Both the position numbers and the translations under genes were made by a program. From Wallemia ichthyophaga EXF-994 (lineage: Eukaryota; Fungi; Basidiomycota), in contig NW_008806282.1 of assembly GCF_000400465.1 (NCBI RefSeq), positions 270,001-302,000 on the forward strand: a stretch of DNA of 32,000 nt. Reading direction: 5' to 3'. Under the pieces are notes generated by a model. That model saw only the letters and a program-made list of their open reading frames with translations, searched no databases and was not told the origin of the DNA. The stretch's first letter is position 1. The number at the start of each line of letters is the position of its first letter. This document shows, piece after piece, positions 19,440 to 31,173 of this stretch.

Positions 19440-21145
19440 TGTCTGGGTTAAAAAAGTCAAACATTCCTACAACTGTCTTCCCTGGAGATAAGACATCAAA
19501 GCACGTCGAGCATCCCGTCGATTCTACGCGTCGTTCATCGGAGCCTCAAGTTGTCGATGAAGATGAAGGCGATTTCGCTGAGAAGAAAGTCGTAGTCGTT
19601 ACATTCGAAGAGAACGACCCAGAGAACCCGGAGAATTGGTCTAAGGGCCGCAAATGGCTTACTACCATCCTCCTTTGCCTCATGACTCTGTTCATTGGTC
19701 TCGCTACCTCCGCTTACTCTGTCGGTATCAACGATATGACTGAAGAGTTTGGCGTTAGCAGCGAAGTCGGCCAAGTCGGTATGTTCGTCTTTAACGCTTC
19801 GTTTGCAATCGTTCCACTATTTCTCGCTCCTTTATCCGAATACGTTGGTAGAAGTAAGTCGTGATTCACTTATTTATCATCACACCCACTGACGTACCTT
19901 TTCAGACCCAATTTACCTGATCAACTACGCCTGCTTCGTGGCCTTCTTCTTTCAACTGGGATTTGCAAAAAACATTTGGACTGCCATCATTGGCAGATTC
20001 TTCTCTGGATGCTTCGGTGCTGCAGGTACCACAATGGTCGGAGGAACACTTTCAGATATCTGGAAGACACACGAGCGTGCAGGTCCAATGTCCTGCTTCA
20101 CTTGGGCAGCTGTGAGTTTATTTCTTATTACTTTCCGTTCTAACACAGTCAGGTCTTCGGTACTATTGCTGCTCCAATTTACTCGGGCTGGATCGACTTG
20201 AACCTCGGATGGAGATGGATCGAATGGGTACAACTCATCGCAAACTTTATCTTGCTCGTAGCTGAGTGCTTCCTCCTCAAAGAAACCCGTGGTTCTGTCA
20301 TCTTGGCTAGACGCGCCAAGAAGATGAGAGAAGTCACAGGCGACGACTCATACAGAGCACCATCCGAGCTCGAAGCGGACTCCTTCAAGTCACTCGTTCA
20401 CGCATCATCTACTCGTGCATTTATGTTGCTCATCAAGGAACCGGTCGTCCTCTTCTTCTCCATCTGGATCTCGTTCGCATGGGGCATCATCTTCCTATTC
20501 TTTTCAGTTATTCCACTCTCTTTTGAGAACCATCATGGCTGGAATGTCGGCCAGCAAGGCTATCCATACATTAGTTTGGCCGTCGGTACATTCTTAGGAT
20601 TCGCATTCAACTTCATCCAGGACAGACTGTATCAAAGAGCTACAGCCAAGAACGGAGGTGTTCCAGTTCCAGAAGCCAGACTTTACGGCTCACTTATCGG
20701 TTCAGTTTTGCTTCCAGTCGGTATGTTCTGGTACGGCTGGACACAGTTCTCATATATACACTACATCGTGCCAATCATTGCTTTAACGCCAATCATTTTG
20801 GGCATTTACCATATCTTCTTGGCAGTCTACAATTATCTCGCGGACTCATACGGTGAATTTGCATCATCGGCCGTCGCTGCACAAGGATTTATGCGCAATA
20901 TGTTTGCTGCATCTTTCCCTCTGTTCGCGAGCTACATGTTTAACGGCATGGGTTATCAATGGGCATGTACACTGCTTGCACTCATAGCTACTGTGTGCAT
21001 CCCATTGCCTTACGTTCTTTTCTTCTACGGCAAGAGCATTAGAGCTAGGTCCGCCTACGCATCTAGCCAAACTGGTATCCAACAACAAGTTGATGTCGAA
21101 CAGGTTGAACAGTCCGAGCAGGTCTCAAAGGCTTCAACCAATTAA
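19439..21145 (+). CDS. MFS drug/polyamine:H+ antiporter, DHA1 (Tpo1/Flr1-like) family, about 537 aa, 3 exons
   Basis: Introns 19854-19905 and 20112-20152. DHA1 hallmarks: FEENDPENPENWSKGRKW, PLFLAPLSEYVGRNPIY, GRFFSGCFG, GGTLSDIW, GWRWIEW, ET...ILARRAK, EPVVLF, PEARL, YLADSY, RNMFAASFPLF. Confidence 0.95.
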
Positions 21146-21430
21146 CTTTATCACCACCCTACAAAACACACCCACCACAACCCAACACAACCTTACGCAA
21201 TTCAACATCTGACTATTAGATCGCTCGCGCATTTTTCACAACATTTACATTCACTTCAGTCATTGCTCACAATCGTTCATCATGGGCAACTATCTCCTTA
21301 CTCCAACTATCACGTACGTATCTATAGATTTCATTAATAACTCCGCTTCTATTTGTTCTGGCTCTATGCCCTCGACTGGTTTTTATCAATCTGTATCTAT
21401 TTCCTAAATTCTATTTATTGTGTCTAAGAA

Positions 21431-22497
21431 TTACAGTATGACTTTGAGAATACACCGTGAAACACCGACACCTTTACTTGTCCATACGTTGTCTATTGTG
21501 AGACCTTTTGCTAGAACATAGTCGCTAAATTCTTTGACACCTCCACCCACACCAAAGTAAATACCCTTTGAAGCTAAGAGGATGACTGAATGACTGTGGG
21601 TTGATGATTTCATGAGATCTACTAAAGGTGGAATGGATTCTGTTCTGTAAACTGTCTCACTGGTGAGAACGTAATCATAATCCTTATCAATGGACGTCCA
21701 AGCACCGTATGAAAAGCGCAGCTCTACAGCTTCATCTACGAGGTGCTTCTTGAACATACCGATAACTTCGTCATTGACCTCTACTTCGCCCTCACTGCCT
21801 TTATCATAGTGACAAACGTACCATGTCAGAAAGATATTTGGGAAAGTGACCAGTTGAAGGGTTTGCAGGTTGTAATCTTGGAGGTGTAATAAACAACTCT
21901 TGCTTCCTGGTTGTTGAAGTACTTGTCTGTATGCATAGAGGGATGGAAGGCTAGTCCCGCAACCGATCTGCCCGTAAAGTAAGCATCAAGATCACGATCC
22001 CGCGATACACTTACTTCAAAAATTCTTTTGTTTTTAAAGTCAGCGTTGGACTCGTGAAGATACTGAACCAGATCAATTGAGCACTCCCAGGTCTTGAGAC
22101 CACCTTCATATCTTCCCGGAACTAGATCACTGTCACCGCTGACTATACTTTGCTCTTGATCAGCCTCTATCAACTGAAATCGTGCGTCGAAAAGATCTCT
22201 GCGTGGAATGGGTTGCAGAGCCTGGGAGGAAGTGTGCGGAATGTCTATGGAGGAGTAAGAGAGAGCAGGTGGGAGGTGCTTAATCTGCAATTGAATTAGT
22301 GGAATACAATTTGTGACATTTCACTCACTAAATCGTCCAAGGCGACTTCAGTCCATGGATGCAGATCAAGTTGAGCATTGCTGCCGATGTTGGCGCTGTT
22401 TGAAGTCTAGCATGGATCAGAAGAATAATTAAACTCTTAAAACACTTACAACACTTTGACCATCCTCCTCCAACTGGAATCCAAATGAAAATGACAT
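21431..22497 (-). CDS. HPM1: Histidine protein methyltransferase (Hpm1/METTL18 family), about 310 aa, 4 exons
   Basis: MSFSFGF start; RRDLFDARFQL, GRYEGGLKTWECSIDL, FEIGCGTSLPSL, LQDYN, DYVLTSETVY, ASKGIYFGVGGGV; introns 22449-22407, 22328-22285, 22014-21968 give 933 nt in frame. Confidence 0.88.
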
Positions 22498-22540
22498 TTC
22501 GTTTATAACAAGTCAATATAACCATTATTCGCATTTAAAT

Positions 22541-23425
22541 TCAACTTTTAGTCTTTCTATTCGACTTGCTAAGTTTATACAATTCACACCCAGACCAAAT
22601 TTCATCATCTTGCCATCCATACTCATCTCTCACAGCCTTTGACAAGGATTGCTGAGGAATTTGCTGCAATTTCAAACCCATGCCAGTAATCATTGACAGG
22701 GCTTCATCTATCAGTGCTGAATCTCGCCTTTCCAATCCAATTAGTGCCTTGCTGTGGCCGGATTGATTGAGATGGTAGCTGATATGCTTGAGCAGTTGAG
22801 GCGTTAGTGTACGCTCGTACAAGGTATCCGTTGTTACTATCTATATGCACAGAATTAGACGTGTTTCTTACACATTCTGCGCTCACCAAATCAAATGGTG
22901 GTCTCAGTACATGTTCACCTCTGTCTATCTGTCTGCGCTCTGTAAGCCATTGCATATCTGAAATTCTTATGAAGCACCTTATTGCCTTCCAATCTATGGC
23001 TTCTGGTTCTGTGGACCAATCCAAAACACCGACTTGAGTGTTTGAATAATCGTTTGACTTTACATTTGGCAAAAGTACGCGATCAACAACCTTGCTAACA
23101 TCTGTTAAAAGCACCTCATTGGATTTGTTATTTGCAAGTGCTAGCCTACGCAGGCTTAATGATATCAATCGTGATTTATTACCTACCCGACCAATCCTAC
23201 GCCGCTGCCAAGTTCCAAGCACCTTCTTTTACCATTTTTTAATCTGTCTTTTATACCTGATTGCTCAATATACGCTGATAGCAACTGTGCGCTCAACCAA
23301 AGTGTGCTACCTGTGGTATCATCACCCTTCAAGTCCTGTGAGATATGCAGCGTTCTGTCCCCTAAACTATGATTTATCAATTTCTCCTCTTTTATTTCGT
23401 ATGCCGGTTTATTGTTAATTTCCAT
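22541..23425 (-). CDS. Seven-beta-strand protein (lysine) methyltransferase, METTL21/Efm-like (Methyltransf_16), about 250 aa
   Basis: TTGSTLWLSAQLLSAY, CLELGSGVGLVG (motif I), VLLTD, LDW, IVTTDTLY, ERRD; introns 23186-23146, 22977-22933 (stopless, multiple of 3, may be retained) and 22886-22841. Confidence 0.85.
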
Positions 23426-23474
23426 CTGCACCTCTGCTCGTCTACTCGTACGGTCAAGTTAAAGCCAAATCGAA

Positions 23475-26400
23475 ATGGCTGCAAACTGGCAACCGAGAAC
23501 GGTATTACCAGGATACACGACAATACCTTCCCCGATTACCAGTCTATCTTTTGATCCCTACACTGAATTGATTTGGAGTGGAAACTCACACGGTCAAGTT
23601 TGCTCGTTGTATGGTTTGGATGGCGAGAGATATACTTCTTTCAGTGCGCATAGAAATAGTCCCGTAAAAGAGCTATGCTTGGACGACAGGGGTATCGTTA
23701 CACTAGGCGCAAATGGCGTCAAAGGTACAAAGAGATCTGCCATTGGCAAATGGATGGTTCAAGAGCCGAGATCTAGCTTGGAAGCCATGTCAATGTCTCC
23801 TGGTTCTTCAGAAGTTGTTGCTGGTGGCAATCAACTCGACTTGCTTGTTTTAAATACAAATTCTGGTAGTTTAGTTAGGAAGGTGAGTCGAATGCCTTTC
23901 AGTAAATCACCTTTTCTAACACAACAGACAGATTGAAGTACCTGAACCTATTCGATTCCTCAAACCTGGTCCACGTTCTTCAGTTGTCTGTGGTGATGTC
24001 AGTGGTAATGTTCAAATCAGAGACACAAGAGTTTCCAAAGCTGCGATGCAACACATAACTCCTCACAAAGATGGCTTGCTTGGAATTGAATCAACTGGAA
24101 ACATACTTCTCAGTTGGGGGTGTACAACTAGGTGAGTATCGCTCAAGTAGGTGTATTTTCTAAATTTTTGGTCCTAGATTTGGCAGAGTAGTACCAGAAC
24201 CTCTAGTGAAAGTCTACGATGCCCGAATGATGCGTCCTTTACCGCCAGTTTCATTCCCTAGTGGTCCTTCATTTGTTAAAATTCACCCACGCTTATCAAC
24301 GTCCGTCTTCATTTCTGACATTCAGGGTCAGTTCCATGTCACAGACCTTAGTACATCCACTGGATCTTATCATATGATCGATATTCCGTCATACGTGACA
24401 TCAATGGCAGTTTCAACTTCAGGAAACCATTTAGCATTTGGTGATGCAGAAGGGTCTATTCACGTCTGGACAGACCTTGAATCAGGACAACCTGAAAATT
24501 TCAATGCTTTCGAGGGTATTCATCTTGACTGGCCATCAGAGACACAACCACCACCACGTATCGATTGGAATGACCGAACACCTTTGAATACCATAGGACT
24601 ACCATACTACGACACACCACTTTTATCTTCAATGCCTTTACATATGCCTTTACCAGATTCATCGCCCATGTTTAACCCGCCAATCCAAATCCCAGCATCT
24701 GTATCAAAATCACTGCGCACAGACATATTCCCTGCCCATGCTCACAATCCACAGGAAAATAAAGGTAAACGCAATCTTACGCCTTCACGCAAAGCTGGTA
24801 GAAGTGGCAGAAATAGAATAGGCGGACGCAAATCTGATGAACCAAAGTTTATATCTGAGCAAATTAGGGAAAAACTTAAGAACGGCAGCTTAGAGGGTAA
24901 TCATCGTCTTGATTCGCAAGTTGAAAAGCTGGAAGTAGATGAGGATGGCGTCGCTAACATTCCAAAGCATTATCGTAAGGTTGAGATAAAGTACTCAAAA
25001 TTTGGTATAGAGGACTTTGATTTCGGTTTTTATAATAGAACGCCTTATTCTGGTTTAGAAACTCATATAACTAATTCGTATACGAACGCATTGCTGCAAA
25101 TATTACACCATGTTAAACCAATTAGAGCTGTAGCAACGTCTCAAACTACATTACCAGACCTCAAGGATAATTGTTTACTGACAGAATCAGGTTTCTTATT
25201 CAGAATGCTAGAAAATGGAAATGGTGTGAATTGCCAATCAACAAATTTTGCAAGAGCTTTGACTAGTTTCCCACAAGCTAAAGCTTTAGGAATTTTAGAT
25301 ACTGATTCAAAATCTAAGAATACCGCTGCTTATGGTAGTATGATACAGAGTTTCAATAGGTTCTTACTGGAACAGATGTCTGTTGAAAGTTGGACGTTTC
25401 AACCTTGTCCTCAAGTATGCAATAATGGTAACATGAGTCCGATTTCTCAGTTGTTAGGTATTGAGTCGCTTTCTGTCTCTATGTGTACGGATGGTTGTGG
25501 ATCTCGATCTGTCAGAAAGGGAGTTACTCATGTTATAGAGCTTATGTATCCTAGAAAGGTTAGTATACTTGCTCTAATATTGCTTGTTTAATTGTTTTCC
25601 AGACACTTTCAAACGAAGCACCTTTACCAGTAGACTTCAGCTCAATTCTTCGTGGATCAATTATACGTGATTCCTTAGCAAAGCATGTTTGTCCAGTAAC
25701 AAAGCAATTTGTGCCGTTACACTCTCGCCGTATTATATCGACATTCGAATCTCAATTCCCAGCCGTATTGTCGATAAATGCTGGTGTACACTCGAAGGAA
25801 AATTTGGATGTATGGCTCAAACCAGCAAGGCAACCTGGGGAGTCACCTTATGGACCCAGACCTCAACACTTCCTTCCGCTTAGGTTTGGAATCAGGAGGT
25901 ATGGTGATCAACTCCATGTAGTGACAAACGAGAAAGATTTCACTAGTGATTTAGGTATATATAGTTTGAAGGTGAGCCAAATTTGAGTAATCGCGTAGCT
26001 GCTAAGGTTAAAACTAAGGCGGTTGTTGCGCAAATTCACCCAGATCCTGAATCCAATCATCTTGTGTCAATAGTCAGAAGTGAGTTCTAGTCAATTCCTG
26101 AAACAAACTAATAGTCCTTTCAGTATCAAATGATGAACTGGTTGATAAAACCAAAAGTCCATGGTATATATTTAATGATTTCTTGGTTCGGAATGTCAGT
26201 CAAGCAGAAGCTTTATCGTTCTCTGATTGGAAGGTAAGTCTTGCATACGATAATCGATATTTTTGACTCACAAAGAAAGATCCCATGCGTTATTTATTAT
26301 GAAAGGGAAAATGTGGATAATTTTGTCAACTATCCAGCATTGAATCAGAGGATCGATCCAGGTATATTATGCAATGATCTTTCTATATCTTGGTAAGTCG

Positions 26401-27456
26401 ATCCAAAGCACTATAAATTTCAATTTACGTTTCTTCAGGAATCGCGACCCAGAACTTCTCAAACATGAGGTTTTGAGAAAAAGCGAGCTACCAAAACCTG
26501 GATCTTTAGTTGCTATTGATGCCGAGTTTGTTTCAATGAATAGAGTAAGGTCTGTTTATGTCAATCATAAACAAAGTCTTACACACTATCGAAGGAAGAA
26601 ATTGAATTTAGGTCTGATGGATCAAGATCTGTGATCAAGCCTTCAAAATTATCACTTGCTAGAGTGTCTGTTCTAAGAGGAGAAGGAATCAAGGAACAGA
26701 AACCATTCATTGACGATTATATTCATACCAGCGAACCGGTAATTGATTATCTAACAGAATTCTCTGGTATAATGCATGGAGACCTGGAACCAAGCACATC
26801 AAAGCATACACTCGTGCCACTAAAGGCAGCTTATCGTAAGCTTCGATTGCTTGTCGATATGGGATGTGTATTTATTGGCCACGGGTTGTCTCAGGATTTT
26901 AGAATAATTAGTGGGTTACTCTGATCTGACAAATCATGAATTGGAAAGCTAATGTTAAGCAGACTTATTCGTACCTAAAGATCAAATAATTGATACAGTG
27001 GCTTTATATCAAAAGAAAGACAGTCATAGGAAGCTCTCACTTAGATTCTTAAGTTGGTTTCTTCTTAAGCAGGATATACAGTTAGATACACATGATTCAA
27101 TTGAGGATGCAAGAGCTGCATTTTTACTATACAAAATGTATAAGGCTTTTGAAAAGGATGGCAGACTTGAGGATGTTTTAGATGATATTTACAGTGAAGG
27201 GAGAAGGTTGAATTGGAGACCACCTGTAAATACCAGTAGTACTAGTAGCAATCTAGCAATGCAATCACCTCCAAATACAAATGCTACGTTTCAAGTAAAA
27301 ATCCCACCACAACAGCAATCACAACCTGCAGCAGCATCAGCCTTTGCACCGTCAACATACATTGCATCACCTACGACAATACCATCGTTTTCACCACCAA
27401 TTGCAGCACCTTTGTTTAATAATCACCAGGGTACATCACGTAATCCATGGGATTAA
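23475..27456 (+). CDS. PAN2: Poly(A)-specific ribonuclease subunit Pan2 (WD40, pseudo-UCH, DEDDh exonuclease), 10 exons
   Basis: ITSLSFDPYTELIWSG (WD40), YSKFGIEDFDFGFYNRTPYSGLETHITNSYTNALLQ (UCH lacking the catalytic Cys), LVAIDAEFV, FIDDYI, HGLSQDFR, HDSIEDAR. Nine canonical introns between 23882 and about 26960 keep the frame. Confidence 0.97.
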
Positions 27457-27552
27457 TGTTATGTTGTATGAATCAGTAAAAAAATCTTACAAACAAATGC
27501 AGAAAATATTCTATTTTAGCGATGTGGGTTAGTTGTGAATGCGTTGTGACTA

Positions 27553-28258
27553 TTAGTTTTTATTCTTCTTGGCTTCTTCTCTAGCTTTAGCGTCTTGGTC
27601 TAACCAGAGTCTCATACCTGGTGGGAGTGTTTAGGATGGCAGCCAGACAATAAAGATAATACTAACCTAAAGCATCTTCTTTATCCGCATAGTAGCCTCT
27701 TTCAACTTCCCACACTTCGAAACCAAGAGTGTCTCTGTAAAGGCCGATAGCAGCTCTATTGGTTTTACGGACGTGGAGGCTAACGTATGCAGCGTTAAAG
27801 GCGTCTTTCATAGCAGTTTGAGATTGTTTCATCAACTTTTGAGCTAAACCTAGCCTTCTATACGATCTCAAGACGGAGATCGAGGTTACGTGACCGTTTG
27901 GCAGCTGTCCAGGTTTGTTGTCCATATCATCGTTCCTTTTGGGGTATAAGCTGATGAATACGATGAAAGAGACAAGCTGACATTTTTCCTAAGATGTAGC
28001 CGACGACTCGGCCTTTGTGATCTTCTGCTACGTATGATAATTGAGGCCAAGTGAGGGCGTGATAAAGGTCTTTTAGGATGATCGTTTAGGGTTAGGCTAG
28101 AATAGAGTAATTACTTACAGTATTTTATGTTGTAGTTCTCTGGCTGTGTGAAATGAATGAGCAATTGAATGGAATTGGATTGAGAGACTAACGAGGTTCA
28201 TGAGGTTTGTGTTCTGCATCCCAGTAAGGTCGTACGGTGTTGCTGGGCGTATGTTCAT
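27553..28258 (-). CDS. ARD1: NatA N-terminal acetyltransferase catalytic subunit, 5 exons
   Basis: [22 protein letters not shown] / PENYNIKY / [30 protein letters not shown] / ...[22 protein letters not shown]...[21 protein letters not shown]...YYADKEDA / MRLWL; stop TAA at 27555-27553. Confidence 0.95.
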
Positions 28259-28360
28259 TTTAATTTATTTTAATTTGAAAGTTATGTTATAGATGGTATG
28301 GGTTAAAGGCCAACGTTCATCAACTGGAGAAGAAGTTGTAGACAAAAGAACAAAGAAGAA

Positions 28361-28842
28361 ATGTCTACGCAGCCGCTTTTACAACGTACTCAAAATAAGA
28401 GGATAGCTTTACCTGTACGCGTCGAGCCAAAGGTGAGTGTCTAATGGTATTAGCAGCTACGTACTAACGGTGCTACTCTAGGTTTTCTTCGCAAATGAAA
28501 GAACGTTGGTTATATAATTATATTTCAAGAACACCATCTAACTCTCATTCTAGATTCTTAAGTTGGCTACACTTTGCCGTCATTCTCGGTGGATTAGCTA
28601 TTGGGCTGTTGAACTTTGGTGATCAGGTCGGTAAAATATCCGCAGGGATGTTTAGTTTCGTAGCTATGCTCATTATGGTTTATGCTCTCGTCACTTATCA
28701 TTGGAGAGCATCTGCTATAAGGAAGAGAGGCACCGGACCATACGATGATAGATTAGGACCAACAATACTATGCTTCTGCTTGTTGTCAGCAGTTATGGTC
28801 AATTTCTATTTAAGGTTTGCGAGCGGTGAAGATGACATTTGA
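28361..28842 (+). CDS. VTC1: Vacuolar transporter chaperone (polyphosphate polymerase complex) subunit 1, 3 exons
   Basis: [24 protein letters not shown] / VFFANERT / [23 protein letters not shown]...YHWRA...[10 protein letters not shown]. Confidence 0.95.
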
Positions 28843-28953
28843 TGGACAGACATGTGGAGGTGACGCTTACATATGGACAATTGTTGGATATTCTCTTTTT
28901 AAACACGAACACGAATATTTAGTTTGTAAAATAGAATCAATTACAATAATAAA

Positions 28954-29787
28954 CTAGTAGGGTTTATATCTACGATTTTGTTTAGAATCTTCAACCTTTC
29001 TCTTGTCATTCTCGAATTTGAGTCTGAGATGAGCGAGGTCGTGTCTCTTTTTATCTCTCCTCTGCCATCTATAGAAGTCATCTAGAGGCTGATTGAACTT
29101 TCTCTTCTTTCTTCTGTATTCTGAGCTGTCTTCATCTACTTTACCACCGTTGAATAGCTTCGATGCGACTTGTACACCAGCTTCATTTGCAGCCCTACCA
29201 TGTTTACCACCTCTTTCAACAAGAGTGAAACCGTCATCTTCCATCTTGGATTCAATCTCATTTGAGATTTGTCTATTCTTTTCTATAATTTGATCTTGTT
29301 CGAATTGCTTTATGTAGTTAGTTGAAAATGATCTTATATCATTGTGATTAGGTCTAAGTGATTTGTATAGCTGTATTAATGAAGTTGTTGTATTGAGTGA
29401 ATGATTTTCTAACTTGATTTTGTTTGAGTTTAGTATTTTAGTCAAGTCTTTTTCAGTCTTTAATATTAGATGCACGTTTCTATTAAAGTTGCTTAAGTGA
29501 TTTAGCTTATCTTGTTGATCATTACCAGATGGATAGTCGATCGTACTAAGAGCCAAGCTACTCCTTCTCATTGAATCGATTTCAGCGACATTATTGAAAG
29601 TGTTGTAAATATCCTCATCATTCATATCTATCGGTAATTGGGTAACGAAAATTGTTCTATCACTTGGGAAATGATCGCTTATTGATCTATTTGCAATATG
29701 CTGCTTTATATAGATTGTATGAATGCTTTTATCCCCTCTAAGTAATTTTATCCTGTTGAATCCATTCACTTTATCTGACTTTGCCAT
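28954..29787 (-). CDS. RRP7: Ribosomal RNA-processing protein 7, intronless
   Basis: RTIFVTQLP (RRM-like), DDGFTLVERGGKHGR, and DFYRWQRRDKKR...LRLKFENDKRKVE...RRYKPY C-terminus typical of Rrp7. Confidence 0.9.
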   Translation of the reverse strand: MAKSDKVNGFNRIKLLRGDKSIHTIYIKQHIANRSISDHFPSDRTIFVTQLPIDMNDEDIYNTFNNVAEIDSMRRSSLALSTIDYPSGNDQQDKLNHLSNFNRNVHLILKTEKDLTKILNSNKIKLENHSLNTTTSLIQLYKSLRPNHNDIRSFSTNYIKQFEQDQIIEKNRQISNEIESKMEDDGFTLVERGGKHGRAANEAGVQVASKLFNGGKVDEDSSEYRRKKRKFNQPLDDFYRWQRRDKKRHDLAHLRLKFENDKRKVEDSKQNRRYKPY

Positions 29788-29826
29788 GCTTGTATAAAAA
29801 GAAGAACAAATTGCTAGAATTACAAA

Positions 29827-31095
29827 TTATTTCATTTCCTCTAAACCTAATTGAATATCTTGTAATATTTTATAAAAGCAAATCTCTACTGCATCTGCTC
29901 CCCAAAAGAAGTCACAATGTTCACCACCTTCAAAGTAATCAACTCTTCTTAACCTAACACTCTCATGCGTCTTTAATCTTTCTAGTAATGGTTCAACCAG
30001 TACTAATTTATCATCAGTACCAACGTATAAGCTTAATGGTGGAAATTTTGGTATGGACTGGTTCTTCTCGTCAACTTGATCACCAGTACTAAACCAACGA
30101 TCTTTGCGTGTATCTAACGTACAACCTTTGGTTGAGAAGCCATCTTTACCTGCCCACCAATGAACAGATTTTGATGAAACGGGTGAAGGTGTGAATCTAA
30201 ACATTTTTGCTTTACGTCTATTTAACCAGTTCTTATCTGTCCAACTGAATAAGAAGGCAAACATTTGATATCCTAATAAAGCAAAAGCTCTTTTTGGTGT
30301 ATAATTGAAAGCTAACGTCATTAAGGGAATGAAATCCAAGTCACCAAAGATGAATTTCCAACTATTCCAATCAAGGTTTTTGATAGCAGTGAAAGGGAAC
30401 CCAGTTGTTAAAGGACCAGCATAAACAGCTGGAGCTAAAGCAATGAAACTGCTAATTGAATTTGATAAATGAGGGCAATGATCTAAACTCAACGACATAA
30501 AAGCTAGACCGTTACCTTGTGAATGACCAATGAAAGATAAATGATTGAAACCGCTATCAGATTTGATGTGATTGATAAGACAAGGTAGATCCTGTGTAGC
30601 TAAATCTTGCATAGTGTAATTCCAAAACTTAGGATCATTCTTTTTCAAGTGCTGGTGACCCATATTGAAAACGCCTCGAGTATTACCCAAATAAACCTGA
30701 TAATCACCTTGAGTAGATAACCAAAAAGCTAAACTACGTTCTTCGGAGGTGATGAAAGAACCAGAAGATTGGAATAGACCATGTAAGATTAGAATTGGGT
30801 ATAATTTCTTATTTCTATCATGTGAAGGGTTTATAACTTTATTAACTAACAATTGATAACCATCATTTGTGTATATTATTTGATTTTGAATATCAAAACC
30901 AGCTTGATTAGCGTAGTAGACTGGATCAGGGGTTATTAATTCATTCTTGTATTTCTTGTAATCATCCCAATCTCTTCTCTTTGGTGGTGTTGAAGGTGAA
31001 GTGAGAAATAAATAAAATCTGATAACTAAAGCGTAAATGACTACTAAAATTAAAGCGAATGATGAAATTGTATTTGAAATTATTCTATTTGTCAT
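29827..31095 (-). CDS. Alpha/beta-hydrolase lipase/sterol esterase (Tgl1/Yeh-like) with an N-terminal membrane anchor, 422 aa, intronless
   Basis: First ATG is at 31095 (the track's 31158 start is TTG). Hydrophobic FALILVVIYALVIRFYLFL; TNDGYQL, LILHGLFQSS, VYLGNTRG, GHSQG nucleophile elbow, ALAPA, D in GTDDKLV, H in EHCDFFWG. Confidence 0.92.
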   Translation of the reverse strand: MTNRIISNTISSFALILVVIYALVIRFYLFLTSPSTPPKRRDWDDYKKYKNELITPDPVYYANQAGFDIQNQIIYTNDGYQLLVNKVINPSHDRNKKLYPILILHGLFQSSGSFITSEERSLAFWLSTQGDYQVYLGNTRGVFNMGHQHLKKNDPKFWNYTMQDLATQDLPCLINHIKSDSGFNHLSFIGHSQGNGLAFMSLSLDHCPHLSNSISSFIALAPAVYAGPLTTGFPFTAIKNLDWNSWKFIFGDLDFIPLMTLAFNYTPKRAFALLGYQMFAFLFSWTDKNWLNRRKAKMFRFTPSPVSSKSVHWWAGKDGFSTKGCTLDTRKDRWFSTGDQVDEKNQSIPKFPPLSLYVGTDDKLVLVEPLLERLKTHESVRLRRVDYFEGGEHCDFFWGADAVEICFYKILQDIQLGLEEMK

Positions 31096-31173
31096 TTTAT
31101 AGTTGAAACAATCAACTTTAAACCTTTTAATCTCTTGGAATCTCTTGGATTCTAACAAGCAAGGTTTCTGAAA

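Noticed and set aside
22478-22570. Possible spliced fusion of the two methyltransferases through a GCAAGT donor and a TTCCAG acceptor
   Set aside because: Donor (phase 1) and acceptor (phase 0) are out of frame, and the intron would be about twice the local size.
27310-27360. PAM2-like AxxFxP in the Pan2 C-terminal tail (PAAASAFAP)
   Set aside because: It lacks the conserved Leu/Asn of PAM2 and lies in Ala/Pro/Ser low-complexity sequence.
28084-28099. Telomere-like tttagggttagg
   Set aside because: Only about 2 units; it is the reverse complement of the CTAAC branch-point region of ARD1 intron 2.
31095-31158. ORF-track N-terminal extension of the lipase (MLESKRFQE...)
   Set aside because: It starts at TTG and would reach within 15 bp of the QCR7 ATG; ATG 31095 gives a typical TM-anchored N-terminus.
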